Source of the DNA: Octopus sinensis
Taxonomy: Eukaryota
Direction: 5' to 3'
Length of the DNA stretch: 64,000 bases
Assembly: GCF_006345805.1 (NCBI RefSeq)
Contig: NC_043005.1
Span: forward strand, 27,962,001-28,026,000
In this document: in pieces, positions 24,258-37,149 of the stretch
Layout of the letters: every line of letters starts with the position of its first letter
Position numbering within the stretch: position 1 is the first letter of the stretch
Position numbers and translations under genes: made by a program
Notes under the pieces: model-generated
Told to the model about the DNA's origin: nothing
The model's input: only the letters and a program-made list of their open reading frames with translations
Databases searched by the model: none

Positions 24258-25800
24258 GTCATAGGGATAGATGAGTGGTTGGTGAGAGCTGTACAAACCA
24301 TGTACAGGGACACTATCAGTAAGGTGAGGGTTGGCAATGAGTACAGCGAAGAATTCAGGGTACAAGTAGGGGGTTCATCAAGGATCAGTCCTCAGCCCAC
24401 TCTTGTTCATCATAGTCCTCCAGGCAATAACAGAGGAATATAAGACAGGCTACCCCAGGGAGTTCCTCTATGCTGATGACCTTATTCTTATAGCTAAATC
24501 ACTACCAGAACAAGAGAAGAAGTTCCATGTATGGAAGCAAGGTTTAGAATGGAAGGACCTTAGAGTTAACCTAGCAAAAACCAAAGTCTTAGTAAGTAGG
24601 AAGGCAGACAAATCACAAATCCCTTCTGGTAGATGGCCTTGCCTGATCTGTAGAAAACATGTAAGTAGAAACTCCATAAGGTGTACCTGATGTAAGCTAT
24701 GGGCACATAAGAGTAGCAGCAATATGAAAGGAAGGTTAACAGGGAAAATAGCATTTGTGTGTGGAAGGTGCACATGGGCAATAAACTCTGGAAATGTAGA
24801 GGGGCAATAAACTCTGGAAAATAGACTCCATCAACTGCCAGTGGAGTAAGCTAGAGATAGTAGATAGCTTCTGTTATCTAGGTGACCAAGATAGTAGCGG
24901 TGGTGGACGCTACAAGATTGTAGCTGTGAGAATAACAAAAGGCTGGGCAAAGTTCAGAGAGCTCCTACCTCTGCTGGCAACAAAGCACCTCTCCCTCACA
25001 GTGAAAGGAAGATTTTATGATGCCTGTGTACGAACAGCTATGTTACATGGCAGTAAAACATGGGCTTTGACAGCTGAGGACAAGTGTAGGCTTGAAAGAA
25101 ATGAAGGCAGTATGCTTCACTGGATGTGCAATGTCAGAGTGCATGTTTGACAGAGTGTAAGCATTTTGAGAGAAAAAAGCTGGGTATAAGAGGCATCAGA
25201 TGTGGTATGCAAGACAGACAAATGTGCTGGTATGATCATATAATGCATATGGACGAGGGCAGCTGTGTAAAGAAGTGCCAATCTCTAACTGAGGAGTGAA
25301 CATGTGGTAGAGGTAGACCCAGGAAGACATAAGACAAAGTGGTAAATATGCTTCAAACTTTGAGCCTCATAGAGGCAATGACTAGTGACTGAGACCTTTG
25401 GCGATATGCTGTGCTTGAGAAGACCCATCAAACAAAGTGAAATCATAGTCATGGCTGATACTGGCGAGATGTAACTGGCACCCATACCAGTGGAATGTAA
25501 AAACCACCTTTCAAGCATTGGGCATCACAGAGGTAAAGTGGCCAATGCCGGTAACACATGAAAAGCTTGTTTCGAGTGTTGGGCCTCACAGAAGCAATGA
25601 CAAATCACTAAGAGCTTTGGGATTATATTTGTGCTTGAGAAGAAGACCCATCAAGCCAAGTAAAATTGTAGTCATGACAGATACTGGTGTCATGCAAATG
25701 GCACCCATGCAAGTAGCACATAAGAGCAACCATTACACTCTTGGAATGGTTGGCACTAGGAAGGGCATCCAGCTGTAGAAATCATACAATAATAACAAGA
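24258..25800 (+). mobile_element. Decayed RTE LINE (RT 3' half, PHD insert, 3'UTR)
   Basis: MFIIVLQAITEEYKTGYPREFLYADDLILIA, WPCLICRK...RCT, RITKGWAKFRELLPLL; multiple stops and frameshifts. Confidence 0.88.
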
Positions 25801-26699
25801 GCACTCAGAGAGTGCAAACCTCTGCCAAGGCAACATCAGCATCCTCGCAACAATTAGCCAGAGATGATTTTTAAAATGAGAATATCTGAAATAAACTTGC
25901 CGGTCTATGCAAGCATGGAAAAGTGGAGGTTAAGTGCTGATGACGGTAGTGGTGACGACGACGATGATGATGGTGGTGGTGGTGGTCGGCAGCGACGTGG
26001 TAGTGGTGGCGGTGGTGGTGGTGGTATTGGTGATGCTGATGCTGATGATGATGGCCAAGTGGTGAATTTGAAGTGAAAATTTAAAGGTACATAACTAGAT
26101 ACTGAGCATTTCACCATTTTCACTTTTCTTCGATCTTCCTCTTGAACAAAATAATGAGTTATATCATTGGCTTCACCAGTGAACTGAGGAAAAGAGAAAG
26201 AAAGTTCTCAGGCTCTGTTTCAGCCTATCAAATTCTTCATTCAATTACCAACAAGGAATTCAACAGAGAATTTGGAGGTTTGAAACTAAAGACTTGTTAC
26301 AACTTTTTAAACAGAGTTTTAGGAGAGGCAACATACCAATTTTTGTGGGTGGAATTCTGGCAGAGGGAATATTGTTGAATGACTGAACTCTGGTATATTA
26401 TTATCATTACATATTTTACCAACCCCTGAGAGATATAATACAGTCACGCCTTAGTCAAAAGGCCAAAGGACCAAAATAAATATAGAAAGGCATTTGATCC
26501 TGTGCTGATTGACATGAACCATTTTTAAAAATAGAAATATCTTAAAGTTCAGTTATATTATTTCAAATTGTACTGTTCTCTTTCTGAGTTTCTGGGAACT
26601 CCCTTAATTATGTAAACCTTCAATAATTGGAAATCAAGTTTGTTCCAGAGGATTTTGCTTTTACTATTTTCACAGATATACTTCTCTTTATGATAGAGT

Positions 26700-27250
26700 T
26701 CAAGTTAGCAGGTAGTACGGTCTGTGGCCAGTGTTTCAAGTTCACCAGGGGGAATGTTGCAGAGCTTCAGGGATTTCTTGAGATGATCTTTATATTGCTT
26801 CTTTGGACCTCCGTGCGGTTGGTTACCCTCTGCTAACACTCCAAAAAGGACAATCTTGGGTATATGGTTTTCCGGCATCTTGATAACATGCCCCACTCAG
26901 TACAGTTGATGTTCAAGGATCATGCATTCAATGCTGGTCAATTTCACTTGTCTCAATATCTCTGTATGTGGGATCTTCTCCTTCCAGGTCAGATGAAGAA
27001 TGCGCTGGATGAGTGCACTAGACTTCGTGAAGAAAAGCAGAGACAGCTCAAGGAATGTCAACAAAATTCTAGACAAGCTCATCTTCGTTGGAGCCCTCTT
27101 TGCTAGTCTGAGTGTAATCGGACATGTGACTCCAGAATTGGCCTTTTCAGCCATGAGAGGGCCTGCCAACACCATCAAGACAACCCCTAAGGATCAAAGA
27201 CGACGTCATCATATGTCAAGATGGATTGCCTTAAGCAAGCAAGTAAGCAA
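26700..27250. mobile_element. RTE (BovB-like) LINE fragment with internal inversion
   Basis: Minus 27012 to 26700: IQRILHLTWKEKIPHTEIL...LETLATDRTT. Plus 27015 to 27165: TRLREEKQRQLKE...C*SECNRTCDSRIGLFSHERAC. (AAGC)n tail near 27233-27250. Confidence 0.75.
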
Positions 27251-27264
27251 TAGTTTAGCAGAAA

Positions 27265-29104
27265 TAGTACAGTACCCCAACCAGTAATGGGTTCTGCTTC
27301 CATTTCTGATCGTATATCATCCCAAAAAGTAGGCTCCCACGACTTCTGTAGAATTATTAAAAGCGTTATAAATAACAATAAGTCTTCTGTTCTTCCTTTA
27401 TTCAATGGACCTGAGGTCTTGACATCATCTAATGATAAAGCAGAGTTCGTTGCTCAACTGTTTAGTTCTCACTCTATTCTCAATGACTCTGGTCATCCAC
27501 TTCCTGGTGTTTTTCTCAAAACTGATAAACTGTTACACAGTTATCATATTACTTCTGCTAAGGTTGCGGTCATTGTGGCATGGTTGGATCCATATAAAGC
27601 AACTGGACCTGATGGTATTCCAGTCATTGTTCCTCAGAAGTGCTCTTCTGAGTTGACTTCTGTCTTATCTAGGCTCTTCCAAAAGTGTATCTCAGAATCT
27701 GGTTTTCTTTCTTTATGGAAATTCCCATCTGTTGTTCCTGTCTTTAAGAACTGTGGTGATCAATCTAATCCTTGTAATTATAGAGCAATTAGTCTACTAC
27801 TAATCTTCAGTAAGGTTTTTGAGTCCTTGATTAATGACTCTCTCATAAAATATGACTCAAATCATTTATTCTCCGACTCTCAATATGGTTTCTGTGCCAG
27901 ACAGTCTACAGCTGATCTTCTCACTATTATATCTAAGCATGTTTAATGTGCCTTGAATGTATCTGGTCAAGCTAGGGCAGCTGCTCTTGATATCTCTAAG
28001 GCATTTGATAGGGTTTGGCATGATGGAAGCTCCAATCCTTTAGTGTTCATGCTGACCATCATCTCTTTCTTTTACGACCATAGGATCAAGGTTGGTCTTG
28101 ATGGTCAATCTTCAACCAGTTATTCTATTAATGCTGGGGGTTCCTCAAGGATCTGTCCTGGGCCCAACTCTCTTTTTTCTTTTTATCAATAATCCGCCTG
28201 GTCATATCTGTCAGCTCATAATCTTTGCTGATGATTCTACTTGTTTGGACAAATCTAATGGTTTGTCTGATAAGGTTAAGATTGCTGCTAATCTTGAGAA
28301 TGATCTTTGCTCTATTGTTAAGTGGGGTAGGAAATGACTTGTAACAGTCAATCCATCAGAAACTAAACTTCTTCCAGTTAATTGCTTCAGACATCCTTTC
28401 TTGTCATCAGTTTCGACGGATGGTATCGACTTACCTCAGGGTCAATCTCTTTGTCTTCCAGGAGTGACTTTCTGTAATGACTTTTCTTGGAGAACTTACA
28501 CTGAATCTATTGCCAAATCAGCTGCAATGAAGGCAGGCTCACTCCTTCGTTCGAGGAGTTATCTCACTCCTGAGACTATTCTTTATCTTTATAAGTCCAC
28601 CATTCACCGCTGCATTGAGTACAGTTGTCACGTGTGAACAGGTATTCCTGCACATTCTTTAACTCTGCCCAACAGAGTTAAAGAATGCTTTTGGTCCTGA
28701 TCTATCTTCTAAATTGGATTCACTCTTTCATCATCGTTGTGTGGCTTCCTTGTTTCTCTTCTACAAGTATTTTCATGGACATTGTTCAGCTGAGCTCCCT
28801 TCTCTGGTTCCTCCTTTAAGAACTTATCAGCCATCAACTAGACTTGCATCCAGTTCTCATCAATATACTGTGAAACCTCCTAAGTGTTGTAAATCACTTC
28901 ACAGTACCAGTTTCTTCCCCCGCACCTCTAAACTTTGGAATTTTCTTCCACAGTTTTGTTTTCCTCTTCAATATGGCCTCTAGTCTTTTACGTCTAATGT
29001 ACATTGTCACCTATTGACTTCTGTCTAACGTCCATTTTATTCTACTAGCTCTTACGTTTTCAGTGATCTAAGGACCTTGTAACAAGTGAATGCTTTAAAA
29101 AAAA
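27265..29104 (+). mobile_element. 5'-truncated CR1-group LINE (decayed RT)
   Basis: SSQKVGSHDF, KATGPDGIP, PSVVPVFKNCG, NYRAISLL, QYGFCARQSTADLL, LDISKAFDRVWH, GVPQGSVLGPTLF, FADDST; ends in A10 at about 29097-29106. Confidence 0.85.
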
Positions 29105-29339
29105 ATTTTCTTATAGCATCAGAATAGTACAGTAGATAGAAGAGTGATGGAGGGATGAGGGATAGGGTGATGAGTGGTGGGTTAAAGACTGCAAATGCGA
29201 AGAATGCAGAAGATGGATACCAATGGGGTGGGTGGGGGGTATGTTAGTGATAAGGATGAAGAATGAATGTGAATAAGAAATAGCTAGGGAATGGACCCAC
29301 TTGTCTCGAAGAGAACTCAACTATGTACTTATTCATTAT

Positions 29340-30100
29340 GCTAGCATGGTTGAGCAAGTCTTCCTGAGTACTGCATATCACCAATCATCTTAGTTCTTTG
29401 TCATCTCTTCTGTGAGTCTCAGCATCCTGAAAGCACCCTTCACCACCTCATCCCATGTCTTTCTCCTCCACAAATTCCAATTCACAACCATTCTAATCCA
29501 TATCCATCACATGCCCAAACCAAAGAATTCTTCTCTGCCATAATACATCAGATTCCTCTTATGCCCAGTTTTTCTCTCACTGCATTTGTAGTCCATCAAT
29601 CATGCAAACTGACACTGCACATCCAGCAGAGCAGGCTTGCTTCATTTCTTTCTAATCTTCAAAGGTCCTTCACATTCAGCACCCACACAACATTACTGCA
29701 ATACATTGCAGTTTGTACTAAAGCTTCATACAGACAACTTTTCACCCTGAAAGAGTAACCTTCTATTACCAATAACAGTAATAGATCCCTGAATTTTCCT
29801 CACCCTGCTTTTACTCTTGCTATTAGAATTTCAGAATGTCTTCTTTCCACTACAAATTAGGTCACCTAGATAATAGAACCTACCAACTGTCTCTAGGGAT
29901 ATTTGAGGGTATCTATTTCTAGTGTACTCTTAAAGTTCGTTGCGTCTGTCACCCACAGTTTGCTTTCTCTGTTAACCTACCTACGATTGCACTGCACCTC
30001 CTGTGTGTCCAGAGTTTGCATTGAGTACACTGAATCAAATTTCTGCCCACTCCTTTTCTACATATCAAGTAAAGTAATTTCTCTGATGGTAACAGGGTAC
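29340..30100 (-). mobile_element. Decayed RTE LINE fragment
   Basis: YLICRKGVGRNLIQCTQCKLWTHRRCSAIVGRLTEK (PHD insert) and downstream RT/C-terminal remnants. Confidence 0.8.
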
Positions 30101-30200
30101 TGTCTGTTTGTATATGTATGTGTGTATGTGTGTATGCATGCATATGTGTGTGTATACATACATACACACACACACACATACACACACACACACGCACACA

Positions 30201-30258
<58 letters not shown>

Positions 30259-30262
<4 letters not shown>

Positions 30263-30539
30263 TATTAGTGAATTGAAGAAATGGAGTTGAACGAAGATTG
30301 AACAGAAATCGTTTTATTGCATTCTACACGTGTTTCGAAAGGCACAATTTACCGCCTCTGTTCTGTGTTTGTTTTTTCCAACGGATTTCCTATTTCTTCC
30401 TGAAGAGAAAGACACAATATGGTCTCCTTATTCAATCGGAATTTGGTAAATTGTGCCTTTCGAAACACGTGTAGAATGCAATAAAACGATTTCTGTTCAA
30501 TCTTCGTTCAACTCCATTTCTTCAATTCACTAATAATAT
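30259..30539. repeat. Perfect 95-bp inverted repeat with 91-bp spacer (ORF-less Penelope-type terminal element)
   Basis: 30259-30353 is the exact reverse complement of 30445-30539. Confidence 0.93.
30391..30483 (+). ncRNA. Predicted type I hammerhead ribozyme
   Basis: CUGAAGA 30400-30406; stem II GAAAGACACAAU/AUUGUGCCUUUC (11 of 12 pairs); GAAA 30462-30465; palindromic stem III ACACGUGU; GUA cleavage after 30473; stem I UUC/GAA plus UAUU/AAUA. Confidence 0.72.
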
Positions 30540-30817
30540 TAAAATTCAATTATCCGCAGCAACGCACGGTTGCAACACCATATGGTTGTACCTCCAACCG
30601 TGCTGTCTTCTGCTGTGATTTTTGCTACCAAGGTATCGGTTAAACTTTTGATTAATCTGCAACAAAATTATTCATCTTTCTATTTCACAAAATATATATA
30701 TATATATATATATATACAAACATACATATATACATCTTACATACATGCATATATACATCTTAAATACATGCCTACATACACACACACACACATGCATACA
30801 CACACATAACATAATAT

Positions 30818-31115
30818 GAAGGTGCATCGCTTAGTGGTTAGGCTGTTGCACTCACAATTGTGAGATTACAGGTTCGATTCCCAGAACGGGAATTGCATTG
30901 TATTCTTAAGGAAAGCACTTCATTTCATGTTGCACTGCAATAATTTCAACATCTGACATGTGCTACATGTTGCACCTGTACAGGTAATTCTGAACTCATG
31001 GAGGGAGTGAGCTTATGTCTACACAAACATTCGATCACTGTAAACAAATCATCTGTGTGGTTGTTCAATAAGAAATTGTCAAACCTTCATATGTCGTCTA
31101 GCGACAGGAGAGTCC
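30818..31115 (+). mobile_element. tRNA-derived SINE (third family)
   Basis: A-box-like tcgcttagtgg, B box GGTTCGATTCC near 30871, unique body; no tRNA acceptor stem. Confidence 0.7.
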
Positions 31116-31253
31116 TTCATATATATATACACACTCACACACACATACTCACACACACACACATATACATACTTATAAGTAAAATAGATTCATACATAAT
31201 AGCAATAATAAAAACCATTTGTAGAACTAAATTTATTTATGCTTTTGTGTTAC

Positions 31254-31287
<34 letters not shown>

Positions 31288-31288
<1 letters not shown>

Positions 31289-31781
31289 ACCAGCCAGGAT
31301 CCCTGGTCTGGTGGTACGTAAAAAGCACTATCCGACTCGTGGCCGTGGCACGTAAAATACTCCAATGCGACCGTACGACAGGCACCCTTGCCAACCCCCT
31401 TTGCTTGTGAAGACATGTTGGGGCAAGCGAAATCGAAATCGAATTGAACCAGCCAGGATCCCTGGTCTGGTGGTACGTAAAAAGCACTATCCGACTCGTG
31501 GCCGATGCCAGCACCGCCTCGACTGGCTTCCGTGCCGGTGGCACATAAAATACACCAATCTGACCATGGCCGTTGCCAGCCCCGCCTGGCACCTGTGCAG
31601 GTGGCACGTAAAAAGCACCCACTACACTCACGGAGTGGTTGGCGTTAGGAAGGGCATCCAGCTGTAGAAACATTGCCAAATTAGACTGGAGCCTGGTGCA
31701 GCCTTCTGGCTTCCCAGAACCCCGGTCGAACCGTCCAACCCATGCTAGCATGGAGAACGGACGTTAAACGACGATGATGAT
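31288..31781 (+). mobile_element. RTE 3'UTR-only insertion with (GAT)n tail
   Basis: Matches 12140-12330; about 55-bp direct repeat at 31288 and 31447; (TA)n on both flanks. Confidence 0.85.
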
Positions 31782-31900
31782 ATATATATATATATAATAT
31801 ATATATATATATATTATATATATATATGTATATGTATATATGTATATATGTATATGTATATATGTATATATATATGTATATATATATATATTTATATATA

Positions 31901-34900
31901 TCATCATCATCATCATCATCATCATCATTTAACGTCCGCTCTCCATGCTAGCATGGGTTGGACGGTTCAACTGGGGTCTGGGGAGCCCGAAAGCTGCACC
32001 AGTCCAGTCAGATCTGGCAGTGTTTCTACAGCTGGATGCCCTTCCTAACGCCAACCACTCCGAGAGTGTAGTGGGTGATTTTATGTGCCACCGACACAGG
32101 TGCCAGACGAGGCTGACAAACGGCCACGCTCGGATGGTTTTTTATGTGCCACCGACACAGGTGCCAGACGAGGCTGGCAGACGGCCACGCTCGGATGGTG
32201 TTTTTTATGTGCCACCGACACAGGTGCCAGACGAGGCTGGCAGACGGCCACGCTCGGATGGTGTTTTTATGTGCCACCGACACAGGTGCCAGACGAGGCT
32301 GGCAGACGGCCACGCTCGGATGGTGTTTTTATGTGCCACCGACACAGGTGCCAGATGAGGCTGGCAAACGGCCACGATCGGATGGTGCTTGTTACGTGCC
32401 CACAGCACGGAGGCCAGTCGATGCGGTACTGGCTACGGCCACGTTCGGATGGTTTTCTTATGTGCCACGTGCCACCGGCACTGGTACCACAAAGATACAA
32501 ATTCCATTGATGTTCATCTATTTTGATTTGTTTTGATTTGATTTTCACTTGCCTCAACAGGTCTTCACAAGTGTCACAAGAAGGAAGGTATGCACAGGTG
32601 GACTGACTACGTCCCAGGTAGGGGCCATGGGTTATGGCCTGACTAGTCTTGCCGGGTCTTCGGATGGTGTTTTTATGTGCCACCGACACAGGTGCTAGAT
32701 GAGGCTGGCGAACGGCCACGATCGGATGGTGTTTGTCATGTGCCCACCGCACTGACTACGGCACTGATGGATTTCTTGTGTGCCACAGGCACTGGTACCA
32801 CAAGATACAAATTCCATTGATGTTCATCTATTTTGTCTATTTTGATTTGATTTGATTTTGATTTTCACTTGCCTCAACCGGTCTTCACAAGTGTCACAAG
32901 AAGGAAGGAAGGTATGCACAGGTGGACTGACTAGTCTTGCCGGGTCTTCGGATGGTTTTTTATGTGCCACCGACACAGGTGCCAGATGAGGCTGGCGAAC
33001 GGCCATGATCGGATGGTGTTTGTTACGTGCCCACAGCACGGAGGCCGGTCGATGCGGAACTGGCTACGGCCACGTTCGGATGGTTCTCATGTGTGCCACC
33101 GGCACTGGTACCACAAAGTGTGTGCCACCGGCACTGGTACCACAAAGATACAGATTCCATTGATGTTCATCTATTTTGATTTGTTTTGATTTGATTTTCA
33201 CTTGCCTCAACAGGTCTTCACAAGTGTCACAAGAAGGAAGGTATGCACAGGTGGACTGACTACGTCCAGGTAGGGGCCATGGGTTATGGCCTGACTAGTC
33301 TTGCCGGGTCTTCGGATGGTGTTTTTATGTGCCACCGACACAGGTGCTAGATGAGACTGGCGAACGGCCACGATCGGATGGTGTTTGTCATGTGCCCACA
33401 GAACGGAGGCCAGTCGATGCGGTACTGGCTACGGCCACTTTCGGATGGTTTTCTCTTGTGTGCCACCGGCACTGGTACCACAAAGATACAAATTCCATTG
33501 ATGTTCATCTATTTTGATTTGTTTTGATTTGATTTTGATTTTGATTTTCACTTGCCTCAACAGGTCTTTGATTTTCACTTGCCTCAACAGGCCTTCACAA
33601 GTATCACAAGGAGGAAGGTATGCACAGGTGGACTGACTACGTCCCAGGTAGGGGCCATGGTTTATGGCCTGACTAGTCTTGCCGGGTCTTCGGAAGGTGT
33701 TTTTTATGTGCCACCGACACAGGTGCTAGATGAGGCTGGCGAACGGCCACGACCGGATGGTGTTTGTTATGTGCCCACAGCACGATGGCCAGTGATGCGG
33801 TACTGACTACGGCCATGTTCGGATGGATTCTTGTGTGCCACCGGCACTGGTACCACAAGCGGTACTGACTACTTTTTATGTGCCACCAACACAGGTGCTA
33901 GATGAGGCTGGCGAACGGCCACGACCGATGGTGTTTGTTATGTGCCCACAGCACGATGGCCAGTGATGCGGTACTGACTACGGCCACGTTCGGATGGATT
34001 CTTGTGTGCCACCGGCACTGGTACCACAAGCGGTACTGACTACGGCCACGTTCGGATGGATTCTTGTGTGCCACCGGCACTGGTACCACAAGCGGTACTG
34101 ACTACGGCCACGTTCGGATGGATTCTTGTGTGCCACTGGCACTGGTACCACAAGGATACAAATTCCATTGATGTTCATCTATTTTGATTTGTTTTGATTT
34201 GATTTTGATTTTGAAGGTATGTACAGGTGGACTGACTACGTCCCAGGTAGGGCCCACGGGTTATGACCTGACTAGTCTTGCCGGGTCTTCGGATGGTGTT
34301 TTTATGTGCCACCATGTTCCCACAGCACGGAGGCCAGTCGATGCGGTACTGGCTACGGCCACGTTCGGATGGTTTTCTTGTGTGCCACAGGCACTGGTAC
34401 CACAAAGATACAAATTCCATTGATGTTCATCTATTTTGATTGATTTTCACTTGCCTCAGCAGGTCTTCACAAGTGTCACAAGAAGGAAGGTATGCACAGG
34501 TGGATCGACTACGTCCCAGGTAGGGGCCACGGGATATGGCCTGACTAGTCCTGCCGGGTCCTCTCATGCACAGCACACTTCCATAGGACTCGGTCTTCAG
34601 TCATTTCCTTGGTGAGACCTAAAGTTCGAAGGTCGTGCTTCACCACCTCGTCCCAGGTTTTCCTGGGTCTACCTCTTCCACAGGTTCCCTCAACTGCTAG
34701 GTTGTAGCACTTTTGCACACAACTATCTTCAGCCATTCTCGTCACATGACCATACCAGCGCAGCCGTCTCTCTTGCACACCACAACTGACACTTCTTAGG
34801 TTCAACTTTTCTCTCAAAGTACTTACACTCTGACGATTATGAACACTGACATTACACATCCATCGGAGCATACTGGCTTCATTTCTTGCAAGCTTACGCA

Positions 34901-36215
34901 TATCCTCAGCTGTCACGGCCCATGTTTCACTACCATGTAGCATGGCTGTACGTACACACGCATCATATAGTCTGCCTTTTACTCTTAGCAGCAGGGGTAA
35001 GAGCTCTCTAAACTTTGCCCAGGCTATTCTTACTCTAGCAGTTACACTTTCAGCACACCCACCCCCGCTACTGACTTGGTCTCCTAGGTAGCGGAAGCTA
35101 TCAACTACTTCTAGTTTGTCTCCCTGGAACGTGGTAGAAGTTGGACTCTGCACATTTCCAGTGTTTATTTCTCCTGAGCATCTGCCACAGACAAAAACTA
35201 TTTTCTTAGTTAGCCTTCCTTTGACATTGCTGCACCTCTTATGTGTCCATAGCTTACACTTGGTGCACCTTATAGAGTTTCTACCTACACCTTTTTTACA
35301 GATCGAGCAGGGCCATCTACCTGAAGTCGTTTGTGGTTGGTCCACCTTCCTACTTATTAGGACTTTGGTTTTGGCTAGGTTGATTCTAAGGCCCTTCGAT
35401 TCTAATCCTTGTTTCCACACCTGAAACTTCTCCTCCAGTTCTGATAGTGACTCAGCAATTAGAGCAAGGTCATCAGCATATAGGAGCTCCCAGGGGCATC
35501 CTGTCTTAAATTCTTCCGTTATTGCCTGGAGGACTATGATAAATAGGAGGGGGCTGAGGACTGAACCTTGGTGGACCCCAACCTCTACCGGAATTCTTCA
35601 CTGTACTCGTTGCCAACCCTCACCTTACTAGCTGCATCTCTGTACATGGCTCGCACAGCTCTCACTAACCATTCATCTATCCCTAGTTTCCTCATTGACC
35701 ACCAGATAAGGGATCGGGGGACCCTGTCAAAGGCTTTCTCTAAGTCAACAAAAGCCAGGTACAAGGGCTTACCTTTGGCTAGGTATTTCTCCTGCAGCTG
35801 TCTTACCAGGAATATAGCATCAGTAGTACTTTTCCCTGGCACGAACCCAAACTGCATATCATCTAAGCTAACTCTCTCTCTAATTAACTGGGCTATAACC
35901 CTCTCCGTAACCTTCATTACCTGATCCAACAGCTTGATGCCCCTGTAGTTATTTGTATCTAGGGCATCGCCTTTACCTTTGTAGCAGTTGACTATTATGC
36001 TGCTACACCAGTCATTGGGTATGACTCCTTCGTGTATCACCTGGTTAACTATACGGGTGACTATGCTATAGCCGACACTACCAGATATTTTGAGCATCTC
36101 TGCAGTAATTCCTGATGGGCCTGGGGCTTTCCCTGTCTTCATGCTTCTAATTGCCTTAGCTACCACGGAACTATCAACTCGGATAGCTGGTCCCTCTGTT
36201 GGGTCAACATTCGGC

Positions 36216-36217
<2 letters not shown>
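31901..36217 (-). mobile_element. 5'-truncated RTE LINE with expanded 3'UTR; RT interrupted by a single 1-bp deletion
   Basis: ORFs 35585-36217 and 34545-35420 join if one G is restored near 35589; YADD intact; PHD insert; 6-codon in-frame deletion (ATKGLS); (GAT)n tail 31901-31927. Confidence 0.92.
32080..34545. repeat. Higher-order modular tandem repeat inside the RTE 3'UTR
   Basis: Five 61-63-bp units (32083, 32144, 32207, 32269, 32331), then about 290-600-bp blocks, each marked by ctagtcttgccgggtc at about 32643, 32932, 33294, 33673, 34272; the original is at 34545. Confidence 0.9.
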
Positions 36218-36269
<52 letters not shown>

Positions 36270-36597
36270 ATGTGTATGCACACACACACACACAGTCTTA
36301 TACATATTGCAGGATTTTATGAATAAAAGCAAAAATCAAAAAAATCAAAATAAAAAGAGAAGCAAAATCTCTAATACATTTTGGCTAAGTCTTTCATAAA
36401 CTTTATGGTTTCTCTATGATTCTCAAAGCTGAAAACTTGTTCAGATTCCTGAGCATTTTTCCAAACACCTGTTAATTGGCATATCATGGAGGAACCGATA
36501 AGAATAGGAGCCAGAAGGGCTGGAAATTATCATCATCATCATCATCACCACCATCATCACCATCATCACCATTAATAAAGCATATCATCATCATTGC

Positions 36598-36631
<34 letters not shown>

Positions 36632-37116
36632 ATCATCAAATGAATATAAAAGATGTAAGCGCAGTTGGAGTCTGCTTAAGTAATAAATATCTCTCCTCCT
36701 CTCTTACATAAAACTTTAATGCTGTAGTAATGATAACGGCAGACTTTCTTGCAATGATTGAATTTCCCAAATTCCTATTGTTGTTGTAAATATTATTGAT
36801 GTTTTTTTGCAGTTGCTATTGTTGTTGTTTTTGTTATTCTTCTCGTTTTTGCAGTTGCTGTTATATTTAAATAAACAAAGCTCACACACAGAACGTTTCT
36901 GCTTTCTACAGTAAAATGCCTTATGGCATTCGATGCTGTTAAAGCAGAGAGATAAAGCTAGAGCTAAGTGTGTGTTTCCATTAGCAAAGCTCATTAATGT
37001 GATTATATTAGAGAGAGATAGGCTCAGCTAAACCCTCTAATTACTACCACTACTACTACTACCAGCCCCACCCCCTCTTCCTTCTCCTCCTCATCATCTT
37101 TGTAGTGGTGGTGGTG

Positions 37117-37149
<33 letters not shown>

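Noticed and set aside
30551-30575. ccgcagcaacgcacgg Helitron-like hairpin motif
   Set aside because: No accompanying CTAG terminus or other Helitron feature is visible.
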